Of a stretch of DNA of 64,000 nt, positions 1 to 12,900 are shown piece by piece. How positions within the stretch are numbered: position 1 is the stretch's first letter; every line of letters starts with the position of its first letter. Made by a program: the position numbers and the translations under genes. The notes beneath the pieces were generated by a model. That model was not told the DNA's origin. It was given only the letters and a program-made list of their open reading frames with translations, and did not search any database. The stretch is from Eledone cirrhosa (lineage: Eukaryota). Location of the stretch: NCBI GenBank assembly GCA_964016885.1, contig OZ024763.1:10354001-10418000 (forward strand), in the 5' to 3' direction.

Positions 1-11
1 TCATGTTCTCC

Positions 12-82
12 TGTTTTATCTGATGAAAACACAAATATTATTGCATGATGATGTTTGTTTTTGAAATGCGCATAATAAAATA
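12..82 (+). ncRNA. Minimal type-I hammerhead ribozyme motif
   Basis: UGUUUUAU-CUGAUGA-[long stem II 27-62]-GAAA-UGCGCA-UA|AUAAAAUA: 8-bp stem I, palindromic stem III AUGCGCAU, NUH site AUA. Confidence 0.75.
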
Positions 83-918
83 TATGGAACTCCTTTAACC
101 ATCTTTTGATCTTATATTATGCATACTCCAGTCCTACAAACTGTAGAGTGCTTCTTATCCGATATCTGCATTGCTTTATTGTACTACAATAAAACTCACC
201 TCCTATATATATATATATATAAAGAAAACATGTATATTTAGAAAACATTGAGTGGAATTTGAAAATAGAAGATCTCGCCGTAATTTTGACTAAGTGTAAC
301 AGTCTAATAATAATTGTTTCTACTTTTGGCACAAGGCCAGCAATTACCCAGTACATTACTGGTACTTTATTTTATCGACCCCGTAAGGATGAAAGGCAAA
401 GTTAACCTCAGCACGATTTGAACTCAGAATGGCAAGGGCCGTAACTATGCGTCAAAGCAAGGCATCCGACCCTCTACCAATACAGTCTAATAATAATGGT
501 GAGTAAAAGATGGGCATCAGCACACATGGGGGTCAAACACACACCACTTGTTTGTGCATCACCATGGGTTCATTGGCGTAAATGGTAGCACACTTGTCCG
601 GCAAACAAGAGGTGGGCTGATGCCCATCTTTTTCCATTATATGGTCTTATATGTCCCGTTATCAGTAGACTATTTTATTTAGTCAAAATTATATATGTGG
701 GTGTGTGTGTCACCGTTTTTAAGTTGGAGGCATATATATATATAAGTTGGAGGCATATATACACACACACATACATACATTCTCGCAGGCAGCAGTTGTA
801 AAGAGAGAGGAGTAGTATGAGGTAGTCAAACTACTCCTCTCTCTTTTTATGTGTTGAGACAGAATTGCAGAAATTTATATATATATATATATAATCTCAG
901 GAATTTTACCTGCCCTAG

Positions 919-960
<42 letters not shown>

Positions 961-1531
961 CTATATATACACACTTATATAGACAGAAAAAGAGAGATAG
1001 AAGTTACTAGTGAAGTGCTGTGTTGATACTTAGCTGGACAGTGGGTAGTGTGGCTGTAACGAAGAGAGTAAGAAGCATCCTGGACAAAAACAGTGAAGAA
1101 GGAAATGTGACATTCTATATAACATATAACAGGCAATGATGGTGGTTAAGTGAGACTGGTGAAAGCTAAGGTTAAAGGTTAGAGATTAGTGCAGACTGGT
1201 ATAATGAAAGCTAGCCAAGGTCAAACGTTAGAGGTTAGATATTCAAAAGTGTAGCCAAATACATATACCAGTGGTCTGTAGGGAGGCAGAGATCGATATC
1301 TGACCCCCCTATAACTGGGGGGGGGGGGGGGATCTGTTCAAAATTCCATGTGCATTGCTGAAACCATAATATTAACCAGTAATGGGGAACCATTGTTTGT
1401 GATTGTTATACTTGCTGTATAGCAATCCAGGCTGGACAGAATGTTAGTTAAGCATCCATGTAGATAGTTGAGGGCCCTGGGAGTTAGGTTCTAGCACATA
1501 TCTATACTAGTGACTATCTATTCTTCTTTAA

Positions 1532-1745
1532 CCCTTTAGCATTTAAACAAGCCGTATCTGGCCAGAATTATCTCACCTCTTTCTCTTCAAACCGGCAGTA
1601 ACCAGTCACTCATGCTGATGTTAAAGTATTGTTCTCAAAATAAATATAAAAATCTCATAGATTCAATATTATGTGAGATAATTATGAGGTAAAACCTTTA
1701 CCATGAAAGTATAAGTTTAAAAGGAGTAATGTAAATGCTAAAGGG
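1532..1745. mobile_element. piggyBac-type MITE
   Basis: TTAA TSD on both sides; TIR CCCTTTAGCATTTA...TAAATGCTAAAGGG. Confidence 0.85.
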
Positions 1746-1904
1746 TTAAGTATGAAGATTTCTCTCTTTTAATTGTGATTCAGACAGTATGAACAATGTG
1801 GAAGGTTGTGGGTGGGGCAATTATAGGGAGAGTCCTTCAACTTCAGGGGGTCTACAAAGGCATTACTAAGGGGTCCGCCACGAGCTAACATCTTTGTTAA
1901 CATC

Positions 1905-2478
1905 TGTTTGACTTAACTTGGTCAGAATATTGATCTCCTGGAAACTGTTGAGAGACGTGCAACCAAACAAATACCCTCCATCAGGCATCTACCATACTTT
2001 GAACACCTTGCTTTCCTGGCCATGGATGCATTAAGGCTCCAAAATCTGGCAACTGACTTGATAGGCACCCACAAAATTATTAACCATCTTGTCAATAACC
2101 CTGAGCACCTTTTTGATTTCCATGTGTCTAACACCTGTGGACATGCTTACAAAATCAGAAAACAGCACAGTTCCCATGACTTTCAGAAACATTTTTCACG
2201 CTCAGAGTTGCTGAAGCATGGAATAAAGTACCTGCATCAATTGTTAGATGCCGGGACACTGCATCCTTTAAAACTTCCATTCTTCTCGAGATTTGCCAAC
2301 ACTACACCAGATATTCCCCCTCCATACACAAGCATGTGTGTGTGTCTGTGTGTATAACATAACTCATACACTGTTCACTTTCCTAACATTTGTACATTAT
2401 TCTATGTACTATAGATGCACCTTTGATGAGTTGTAGTGCACCTGAGCACTGTACACAATAATTTTCATTATATAATTA
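1905..2478 (+). mobile_element. CR1/L2-group LINE 3' fragment
   Basis: IDLLETVERRATKQIPSIRHLPY.E.L..L.M..L...RL..DLI..HKII pattern; ends in a (TTA)-like tail. Confidence 0.8.
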
Positions 2479-2610
2479 TATGTAAATGTGTATATATATA
2501 TATTAGTAATAATAAATACAAAAACCGAAATCCGAACAGGACTTGATAAGGATTGTATATATATATATATATATATAAACTCGTAGGGCAAATATTTATT
2601 ATTAGTACAG

Positions 2611-3188
2611 AGCAATAAATTACTGTTTTCACCCTAAGAGAATCTGAAACTGACAAAATTAATCTGTAGATGCAGAAGTAATATGTATATGCACATATGT
2701 GTGTACATTCGTATATATGCAAACACACACATGTACATATATATGCACACACATACATGCATATATGTGTGTATATCATTTTTATACACTATATCCTCCT
2801 TTATGCATGCATCCACACCAGTCACAGCGTATTTATGTATGGGACTAAATCCCAAAACAGCATTGTTAGTGTTCTCATTATCATTATTAATATCATTTTC
2901 CGTATATAGTAGCTGGAAATCATTTGGCTATTCTAAAAACAAAATTAGTCTCCAGATTTTTTTCATAGCAAGAATTTGTTGTTCTTGCTCCACGTAATGA
3001 CGTAATTCTCCTTGCATGCATTTCGCTCATTTCAAGAGAACATCTTCACACACAATCATTATGTCTTCCTGTTTTCTAAAGGTAATATTTGGTTGTAACA
3101 TTTTTGAAATATTTACTTTTGTATCTATAGATTAATTTTTCTCAGTTTCAGAAGATCCTGTTTAGGGTGAAAGCAGTAATTTATTGCT
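2611..3188. mobile_element. Inverted-repeat-bounded Penelope-like remnant with decayed hammerhead core
   Basis: 2611-2685 is the reverse complement of about 3110-3188; cagaagatcctgtttagggtgaaagcag also occurs near 43320; internal minus-strand peptide VNIS..LQPNITF.KQEDIM..CEDVL recurs on + at about 57630-57720. Confidence 0.55.
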
Positions 3189-3610
3189 TAAACTTTTAAT
3201 ATATATATATATATATATATATTATAAATGTAAGGAGAAAATAGACAAAATCTACCTAATTTTTTCTCCAAAGTCCCGACTGCAGTTTTATTATATATAG
3301 TTATAATAGTTAAATAGATCTGATTGAATGGTTATTTTTTTAATTCTTTCAGTCATTGGGCAAAACTGGTTACGGCAGGATACACACACACACACACACT
3401 TATGTATCTGTGTGTGTATCTTATTATTATATATATCATCATTATTTTACGTCCGCTTTTAAAATGATGATGATGATATATATAATAATAAGAAGATACA
3501 CATGCAGATACGTAAGTATCTATATATATATATATTGTCTAACCCCTGCTAGCATGGAAAATGGATGTTAAGCGATAATGATGATGATATATAGGTACGT
3601 GTGCATGGTG

Positions 3611-3646
<36 letters not shown>

Positions 3647-5152
3647 CATGGTATATATGTATGTGTGTGTGTATATATATACATATATAAAAAATATACA
3701 CACTCACACTATTAGATACCCATTCTTCTCTAAGTATAAACATTTATCTTTCGATTTGTAGAGCCCTCCCTACTTCCAGGAGTTGAAGGACTCTGGGTGC
3801 TATTTAGATGTACGATATTGTTGGTAGTGTAAAGATTGGGTAGCACTGGTATGTCATATGACAATCTAACAGGCAATCACATAACAGGAAATAACAGGGA
3901 TATCACTGGGCTAAATTAAATAGAGCAATTTATTATTCAGGAAAACAGTTTTTATTTATTAATCTTTGGTAAGCATTAGTTTTAGGCAAGTACATATAAA
4001 TATAAATATATAGTAGCTATGTATTGTTTACAACAGACTGATACAAACATACAGACTGTCTGAAAAATAGAAACAAACATGTACATACATACAAATATAC
4101 ATACATTCTCTCTGTATATATAATGTGTGTGTGTGAGAAAAAGAGAGAGATTGGGAGTTACCAGTTTAGACTAGTCAGACCCCATTATTCAACTATGTAA
4201 TCGGGAAAGTAGAGTAAACAGTTATTGCCCAATGGCTGAGCTTCTCCACTTGGTGTTTAAACGTTAGGTGCTCAGCACTGGGCAATAACTCTTTATATAT
4301 ATATATATATAAAACATATGCGTACAGTTAAACATTTAAATAAATGTAAACCACACAAACCTTATGTTATAAAGTGAAAAGTCTGTCTTTTAACATCAGG
4401 GCAGGGAATACCTGACTTCACTTCATTTTGAGTAACTGAGACTATATAAGTCTGCTTTACACATTTATATACATATTTCTGCAAACATGTTATACAAACA
4501 TCATGACTGTTTGATGGGGGGGTTATTAAAGATATTTTGTATATTGTAATTAGTTCCTTATGTTTGGTTTGGACCATTAGTCTTCCTAAATCCACTATTA
4601 AATGTTTCGAGATCCTCACAACCCTATCTTCAGAAATAATGGTGTGTTGTTCATGTGATATCATGCGAGTAATAGTAATCAATGCTGAATTTAAATAAAT
4701 TATTCTGAAGATGGAGCTGAGAAGGTTTTGAAATGTTAACCATTTTAATACCGAAGTACCTGAAAATGTCCCTGATTCTATGATACAGAAATGTTTATTT
4801 GAAAGTGTTTATATTTATCTAAAAAAATGTACCATCATAATTTTATGTAAGAACCTTTGTTAAGTTACATTCCAAACACCAGATTAATAAGCTAATCATA
4901 ATACAGAATCTGACCAAATTCTTCATTATTTTCAAAACTTTGAAAATCGTAGAGAAGAGAATCTTTCATTAGAAATATTGTAATGAAAGTGTTGAAACAC
5001 ACAGGGACTTTGGAGCAGCATTGTTCCAAAACTAAAGTAAAGAACTGATAAGGAAATATGTGCAATATTAAATAAAAGATCAAATGGAGCACAGTGGTGT
5101 TTTAAATATAATGTTTGCAAAAAGCTGTTCCCTTCTTACATATATATATATT

Positions 5153-5397
5153 GTTATAAATGTATTCTCAGTACTGTTGCACGTTACCTAAGTTTTTGAA
5201 GCCCACTCTAGCATAGGTTTAGAGACAGTGTATCTGCTAATGTTGCTTATCTTTCAGGCAAGTAATACTAATACCATCATAGTATTGCTTGCCTGGGAGA
5301 TAAGCAACTACTAGTAGATATACCATCTCTAAACTATGCTAGAGTAGGCTTCAAAAACTTAGGTAGCGTGCAACAGTATTGAGAATTTATCTATGAT
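5153..5397. repeat. Long imperfect hairpin (about 115-bp arms), MITE/foldback-like
   Basis: attctcagtactgttgcacgttacctaagtttttgaagc... pairs with ...gcttcaaaaacttaggtagcgtgcaacagtattgagaat. Confidence 0.85.
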
Positions 5398-5480
5398 AAT
5401 ATACTTTACCTCTCTACTTAATAAAGAGCAGTCTTTTTCTTTTATCTAGTCTATGGAAATTCTTGACACTACACACACAT

Positions 5481-5528
<48 letters not shown>

Positions 5529-6796
5529 TGCACGTTACTAAGCCTCTATCTTTCCACATATTGCAGGTAAATATAAAATATAAGTGGCTTGTCTCCAGTT
5601 TTGACATTAAATACCACTGCATCAATCTCAGATGTCTGTCTATCTATTGCCAACAGATAGGTGAACTGGGCCATATGGAACAAAGTGCTCTACAAAGGAG
5701 GGCAACGAAATAGCAGTAATGAGTTTGATCTGACTACATCTCCTTGGCTACCTTGAATTTTAAGGTAGCAATGGTGTCCTCAACTTGACATAAATAGCAG
5801 CGAAATCTCCTTTGTGTCACACTTTACTGTCTTAAAAAGAAGACGCTAGATAATACAGCCATAGATGAAATGTGTCTTAGAAAACAGATAAGATGGTCAT
5901 GACTGGAGTGTCTTTGATGATAGATCAGCTTCATCATGGCTGACCATGGGCTAAGTAAAAGTAAGGAAATAAAGGTATACTTAGGAATACTCAGCCAAGT
6001 AATCCCATCCCCTCCTTAAGATTGGGACATAACTACAGAGTGTTTATTACTCCTTCAGACACCATATATATGTGTGTGTGCATATACACACATGTATAAA
6101 TGTACCTATGTATATTGTAATTAGCAGTAGCACTAAGATAACATATTATCCACCCACTAATATAAATATGTATACATATATTTATTAACATTATTATAAT
6201 TACTATAATTATTCTTGGTACATTTAGGCTTACATTAATTTCAGACATGTAATTTATGGGCCGTGGGGCACAGGTGGAAGAAAAGGGAAGGGGGCAGTGA
6301 GTGTAAGGAGAAAAAGTGGGCGGAAGAATGGCATAAAAACAATACAAAAATAGCAAATTAAAAAGAGGGGGAGACAACAATGAACAAAACTAAACCACAA
6401 AATAACTAGGCAAACTGGTTTTTGTTTTTTTAAATACAAACACACTAACATATGCATGCTTACACATTCATGCATACATATTTAGACACACATGCATGCA
6501 AACATACAAACACATTGAAACTCAGACAACCATACATGTAAACACACACTGACAAACACAGACACATTAGGAAACATGCAGTTACTGTGAGCATGCCTGC
6601 CTACATAGTCATTTTATCACTGTGTTCATGTTTAACAGATGATCGGGGGAAGGCATTGTGGCAGTTAATATTTACTAGTAGTAGTAGTAGTGGTAGTAGA
6701 AGTAGTAGTAGAAGTTGCCAGAGAATGACATTTCTTTTGCACATCATGTGATGTCAGTCCAAAGAAATCGAGCAAAGAAGCTAATTCTGGGCCTAC

Positions 6797-6963
6797 CCTT
6801 AGTGTAGTCTGTTCGTCTAGCTGCTGTGTTAAGGCATTGATGAGCTGTTTCGACTTTGTTTGGATCTTCTTCAGGGACTGATCAGAGTCCCGTAATTTTG
6901 TCTCTGTCTCAGCCCGCACTGAAGACTCTCGCTCCAGTTCAGACTTGCAGCTCTCCAAAATTG
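6797..6963 (-). CDS. RABEP1: RABEP1 exon (167 nt, phase 1-0) [11 protein letters not shown]...EQTTLR; last exon found in window
   Basis: gtttcag| acceptor, |gtaggc donor; the C-terminal QRDFV.LSQ exon was not found in 1-6796, so the gene presumably continues left of the window. Confidence 0.9.
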
Positions 6964-9900
6964 CTGAAACAACACAATACAACAAGATTTGAATTAACAA
7001 ATTTTAGATATTTTCTCCTCTATCATTACAGGATGTTAAGTGTTAAATAAATAAGTATTATCAAATGGAGACAACACAGGGTAAAAAAGACACTTTAGTC
7101 TTGTCAAGGACATGGCAACCTCTCTAGTGTTAGTGCCTCAATAAATTATAAATGTTGCATATAAAATAGTGACTTATACATGAGTATAATGTTGTATATA
7201 AAATAATGACTTATACATGAGTATAATATTGCATATGAAATAATGACTTATACATGAGTATAATGTTGTATATAAAATAATGACTTATACATGAGTATAA
7301 TGTTGTATATAAAATAATTACTTATACATGAGTATAAAATTGCATATGAAATAATGACTTTGACTTATACATAAGTATAATGATGTATATAAAATAATGA
7401 CTTATACATGAGTATAATGATGTAAATAAAATAATGACTTATACATATAAGTTCTCTCTACATTTGGCTTCAACAATGATGAAAGAAAATATGGACTTAG
7501 CCTACCTAACCGCTCCTGTAAAGTACTGACTTCCTGCGACAAAGTCTCTTCAAGTGTGTTCTTCTCTTGTTGGTCGGCCAGAGCCCTGTCTTTCAGAAAC
7601 AAGATCTCACTCTTTAAAGTATCCTCTAAGTGTTCTTTAGCCACCTTTGCTGCAATAATCTCTTCTCGGTACTTCAATAATAACAGCTGCATTTCCTGGA
7701 AAACAACATTCAAAGGAAATTGATAGAGGAAGAATAGACCCCAGTACTGGAGTGCTACTTTTTTTATCGACCTCAAAAGGATGAAAGGCAAAGTTGACTA
7801 CGGCGGGATTTGAACTCTGAGTGTGCAATGAGGTGGGACAAATGCCGTAAAGCATTCTATCCAATGTCTGAACGACTCTGCCAATTTGCCACCTTATAAA
7901 ATGTTGATATACACATCATCATCATCATCATTTTTACGTCCGCTTTTCCCTGCTTGCAAGGGTGGGACGGGAACTGGTTCTGGCTTGATTTCTACAGCTG
8001 GATGCCCTTCCTAACACCAACCACATTTACAGTGAGTGCTGCATGCTTTTTTTCCGTGGCGCCTCCACGACCACTTTGCAGTGTGGGCTGGGTGCTTTTT
8101 TGCTGTGGCACCTCTACAACCACTTTACAGTGTGGGCTGGGTGCTTTTTTGCCGTAGCACCTCCACAACCACTTTACAGTGAGGGCTGGCTGCCTTTTTG
8201 CCGTGGCCCCTCCACGACCACTTTGCAGTGGAATGATAGGGACCCCAGTCCTATCATCTCATTTCTACAGCTGAGTTAACTGGAGCAATGTGAAATAAAG
8301 TGTCTTGCTCAAGGAAACAACACATCACCCGGTCTGAGAATTGAACTCACAACCTTTCGATTGCAAGGCCAATGCTCTAACCACTAAGCCATGTGCCTCC
8401 ACACACACAAATATTACTTGCAGCATGAAGACATACATATCCCCCCCCACCATAAATACACACCCTCCCCATATATGTCAATCCGCCAGACAGATGTTGG
8501 TGTTATAATATCAAAAGTTACGACATACTTCAAGGTTGTTAGGAAGGTTGATATCTTCATTCTGTAACTGCTGGGAATGCTTGGAATGCTTGCCGATGAG
8601 GGAATCATTTTCATGGCTTAGCCGATTTAACTGCAAGAAAATATATAGAGAAATATTGGGTTAATTCGGGCCAAATATATAAATGTGATAATTGTGGGGA
8701 ATACATATATAACTATGTACCTATTATCTCATATAACACTATAACTATATACCCAGTCTCTATGTTAACACTATAACTATATACCCAGTCTCTATGTTAA
8801 CACTATAAATATATACCCAGTCTCTTTGTTAACACTATAACTATATACCCAGTATATATGTTAGCACTATATACCCAGTCTCTATGTTAACACTATAACT
8901 ATATACCCAGTCTCTATGTTAACACTATATACCCAGTCTCTATGTTAACACTATATACCCAGTCTCTCTGTTAACCCTATATACCCAGTCTCTCTGTTAA
9001 CACTATATACCCAGTCTCTATGTTAACACTATATACCCAGTCTCTCTGTTAACACTATATACCCAGTCTCTATGTTAACACTATATACCCAGTCTCTCTG
9101 TTAACACTATATACCCAGTCTCTCTGTTAACACTATATACCCAGTCTCTATGTTAACACTATATACCCAGTCTCTATGTTAACACTATAACTATATACCC
9201 AGTCTCTATGTTAACACTATATACCCAGTCTCTATGTTAACACTATATACCCAGTCTCTATGTTAACACTATAACTATATACCCAGTCTCTATGTTAACA
9301 CTATAACTATATACCCAGTCTCTATGTTAACACTATAATTATATACCCAGTCTATCATATATCTGAGTCTATGTAATCACAAGATATTGGTCAACCAATG
9401 GTGACATGCAAGGTGGGCCATTTTGGAGGAGAGTGAGGGGGGCAAGGGCAAACCTATTCCCCTTAAGTACATACATACATACATACATATACCAACTATA
9501 TATACATATACCAACTATATGGATGTGTACATATATGTATAGGGATGTGTATATGGATGTGTGTATATGGATGTGTATATATATGGATGTGTATATATGG
9601 ATGTGTATATATATGGATGTGTATATATGGATGTGTATATATGGATGTGTATATATGGATGTGTATATATGGATGTGTATATATATGGATGTGTATATAT
9701 GGATGTGTATATATGGATGTGTATATATGGATGTGTATATATATGGATGTGTATATAGCCTGTAACCCAAACCTAAATTACATTATATATAACACTGATG
9801 AATAAAATACTTTACAAACAAATTAAAATAGAGCAAATATTTCATATCTGGCCTGGAGCTACACACCTGGAGCTACACACCTGGAGCTACACACCTGGAG

Positions 9901-12900
9901 CTACACACCTGGAGCTACACACCTGGAACTACACACCTGGAACTACACACCTGGAGCTACACACCTGGAACTACACACCAACACAGTGATATAAACACAC
10001 AGAACTACACACCTGTGATATAATTACAATAAAATATTAAGACAACCCTACCTCAACTTGGACTTCTTCCCGTGACTCAGTCAATGTTTTCTACAATAAA
10101 TAATATAAAATTATATATATATATACACACACACAAAACAATATGAAACAATACATATAATATATATATACTAGCTTACTGGTTAAAGTGTTAGGCTTAC
10201 AATTGTGAGGCTGTAAGTTTGATTCCTGGACCAGGTGATGCGTTGTGTCCTTGAGGAAGGCACTTTATTCCATGTTGCTTCAGTTTACTCAGCTGTAGAA
10301 ATGACGTCACTGGTGCCGTGTTGACCAGTGCCTTCCCCTTAGATAACATCTGTGGCATGGGAAGGGGTGACTGGTTTGCATGGTCTTCCACAAACAACCT
10401 TGCCCCAACAAAAAGCATCCAGTCAACCCTGTAAAGTGGTTGTGTTGGTGACAACAAATAAGCACCCAGTTTTCCCTGTAAAGTGATTGTGCTGGTGACA
10501 TGACAAAAAGTACCCATTCTACCCTGTAGTACCTAGCTAAAAGTAAACGCCTCTACTTAGCTTTTGTTGACTTGGAGAGGGCCTTTGACAGAGTTCCCTG
10601 TTCCATTATCTGGTGGGCTCTTAGAAATGAGATGAGTGGCTTATGAAAGCTGTATAAGCCATGTATAGAGAAACAGTCAGCAAGGTCAGAATTAACAATG
10701 ACTATAGTGAAGAATTTAGTGTGCAGGCATGTGTCCATCAGAGCTCTGTCCTCAGCCTTCTCCTGTTTATTATTGCACAACAAGCTATAACAGAAGAGTT
10801 TAAGGCTGGCTGCCCATGGAACTTCTGTATGCAGATGATCTAACACTAGCTGAATCTATGGCAGAATAGAAGAAATTCCAAACCTGGAAGCATGGCCTAA
10901 AATCAAAAGGTCTTAAAGTTAACTTGTCAAAGTTCTAGTATGTAGAAAGGAACATAGGGCCTAGATCCCCTCAGGGAAATGGCCTTGATCAGTGTGCAGG
11001 AAAGGAGTAGGTAGAAATTTCATCCTCTGTCCCAAGTGCAAGCTATGGGTACATAGAAATCACAGGTAGGCTATCAAAGAATGTAGGTTTTATATGCAGT
11101 CGATACACAGGTGCAGTAAGTAGCAAGTGCCCACAGGATACTAGCTCTTTCAAATGCCCAGATGGCTCTGTTGAAATAGTCAACAGTTTCCGTTACCTGA
11201 GTGACAAAATCAGCAGTGGATGAGGGTGTTCCGAAAGTACAGTAGCCAGAGTAAGAACAGGATGGAGAAAGTTCAGGGAGATACTGCAGCTGCTTTTTTC
11301 CCTTAAAATGAAGGGCAGATTGTATGATCCATGTTTATGAACAGCAATGTTTCATGGTAGTGAGACCTGGGCGCTGTGTGTAGAGGACCCGCGAAGATTG
11401 GAAAGAAATGAAGCTTGCATGATTCGATGGATATGTAATAGTAATATACACGAATGGCAAAGCGTAAATGAACTAAGTGAGAAATTAAGCAGAAGAAGGA
11501 TCAGATGCAGTATACTAGAGAGGAGATTGTGTTGGGATGGTCATGTGATGCATATGAAGGATGACAGCAGTATAAAAAGGTGCAGGCCGATCAAAGTTGA
11601 TGGAAGCTATGGAGTAGGAAAACCAAGGAAGAGGTGATAAAAGCTGACCTTGCATAATTCTACCTCTCAAAAACAATGACACAAGATTGAGATCTTCGGC
11701 ATTATGCAGTAATACAGAAAAGCTGCCTTCCCAGGAGCACAGACTGAAACATATACCATTATGGCTCTATCACTTGGACGCTAACGTCGAAACTGGAGAA
11801 AAAGCTAGACGGGGCATACACACGTATGCTCCGTGCTGCTTTAAACGTATCTTGGAGGGAACACCCAATAAATAAGGATCTCTATGGCAATATACCACCT
11901 ATCAGCAGGTCAATACATGGACAGAGACTCAGATTTGCTGGCCACTGTGGACGCAAGGAAGAAATAGCAGGTGATGTGTTGTTATGGAGTCCATCTCGTG
12001 GAGCAAGAAATGCTGGTCGTCCCAAGAAGACATACGTCAAGCAACTTGAGGACGATACTTGGTGCACTGCGAAAGAACTGGCAAACGCTATGAGACAGAG
12101 ATGGATGGAGGAAACGTGTCGTAGAAAGCCGAGCAAGCTCGACCTGATGATGATGAGTAGGCACCTCTTAACCACTATACCACCCCTTCTATACACATCC
12201 CATGTTCCAAAACCCAGCCACATCTGATCACACCACTGTTACACTGTAAAGTTGTTGTGTTGGTATCACAACAAAAAGCATCCAGCCCACACTGTTAAGT
12301 GGTCATGAAGGTGTCACGACAAAAAGCATCCAGCCCACACTGTAAATGTGGGTGGCATTAGCAAGGGCATCCAGCTATAGAAACCAAGCCAGAAACAGTT
12401 CTCTGTGAGCAAGACACAGTCTCCTGACCCAACTTGCCTCAAACAGGACAACCTATCTAACCGACACAAGCATGGAAAATAGACGTTAAATGATGATGAT
12501 GATATATAGTTAATACTGCCAAGTTTCAAGCTCAATGTGTTTTTGTCATTTTAGATAGAAACAGAAATTAGATTATTTAAATAGAATCCAGAGACATATA
12601 ATAAGACAGAACATAAATCTACTCTGTCATTTCATATAGTTATATAATAGCTTTACGTGTGATGCAATACATATTTAATTAATGTTTATGTTATTTCAAT
12701 TTAATTAAGGAGGAAAAAACATTGAGTAAATAATTACACAATGACCTGGAAATTCGGCAACCCTAAATGTTATACGTTCGGTAGACTACAACATTTATAG
12801 TGCCTCTGAAGATATACAATATTTTCCTCGTTAACTAAATTGAAACAACATGAACTTTAATTGAATATGTAATGAAATATGCAAAGCTATTAAATTATTT

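Noticed and set aside
818-826. let-7-like TGAGGTAGT
   Set aside because: Only 9 nt match, and it spans the hairpin loop rather than an arm.
1-6796. Final RABEP1 exons (Rab5-binding end, possible FYVE) or 3' UTR
   Set aside because: No QRDFV-type or FYVE coding segment with splice sites was found; the region is treated as intron.
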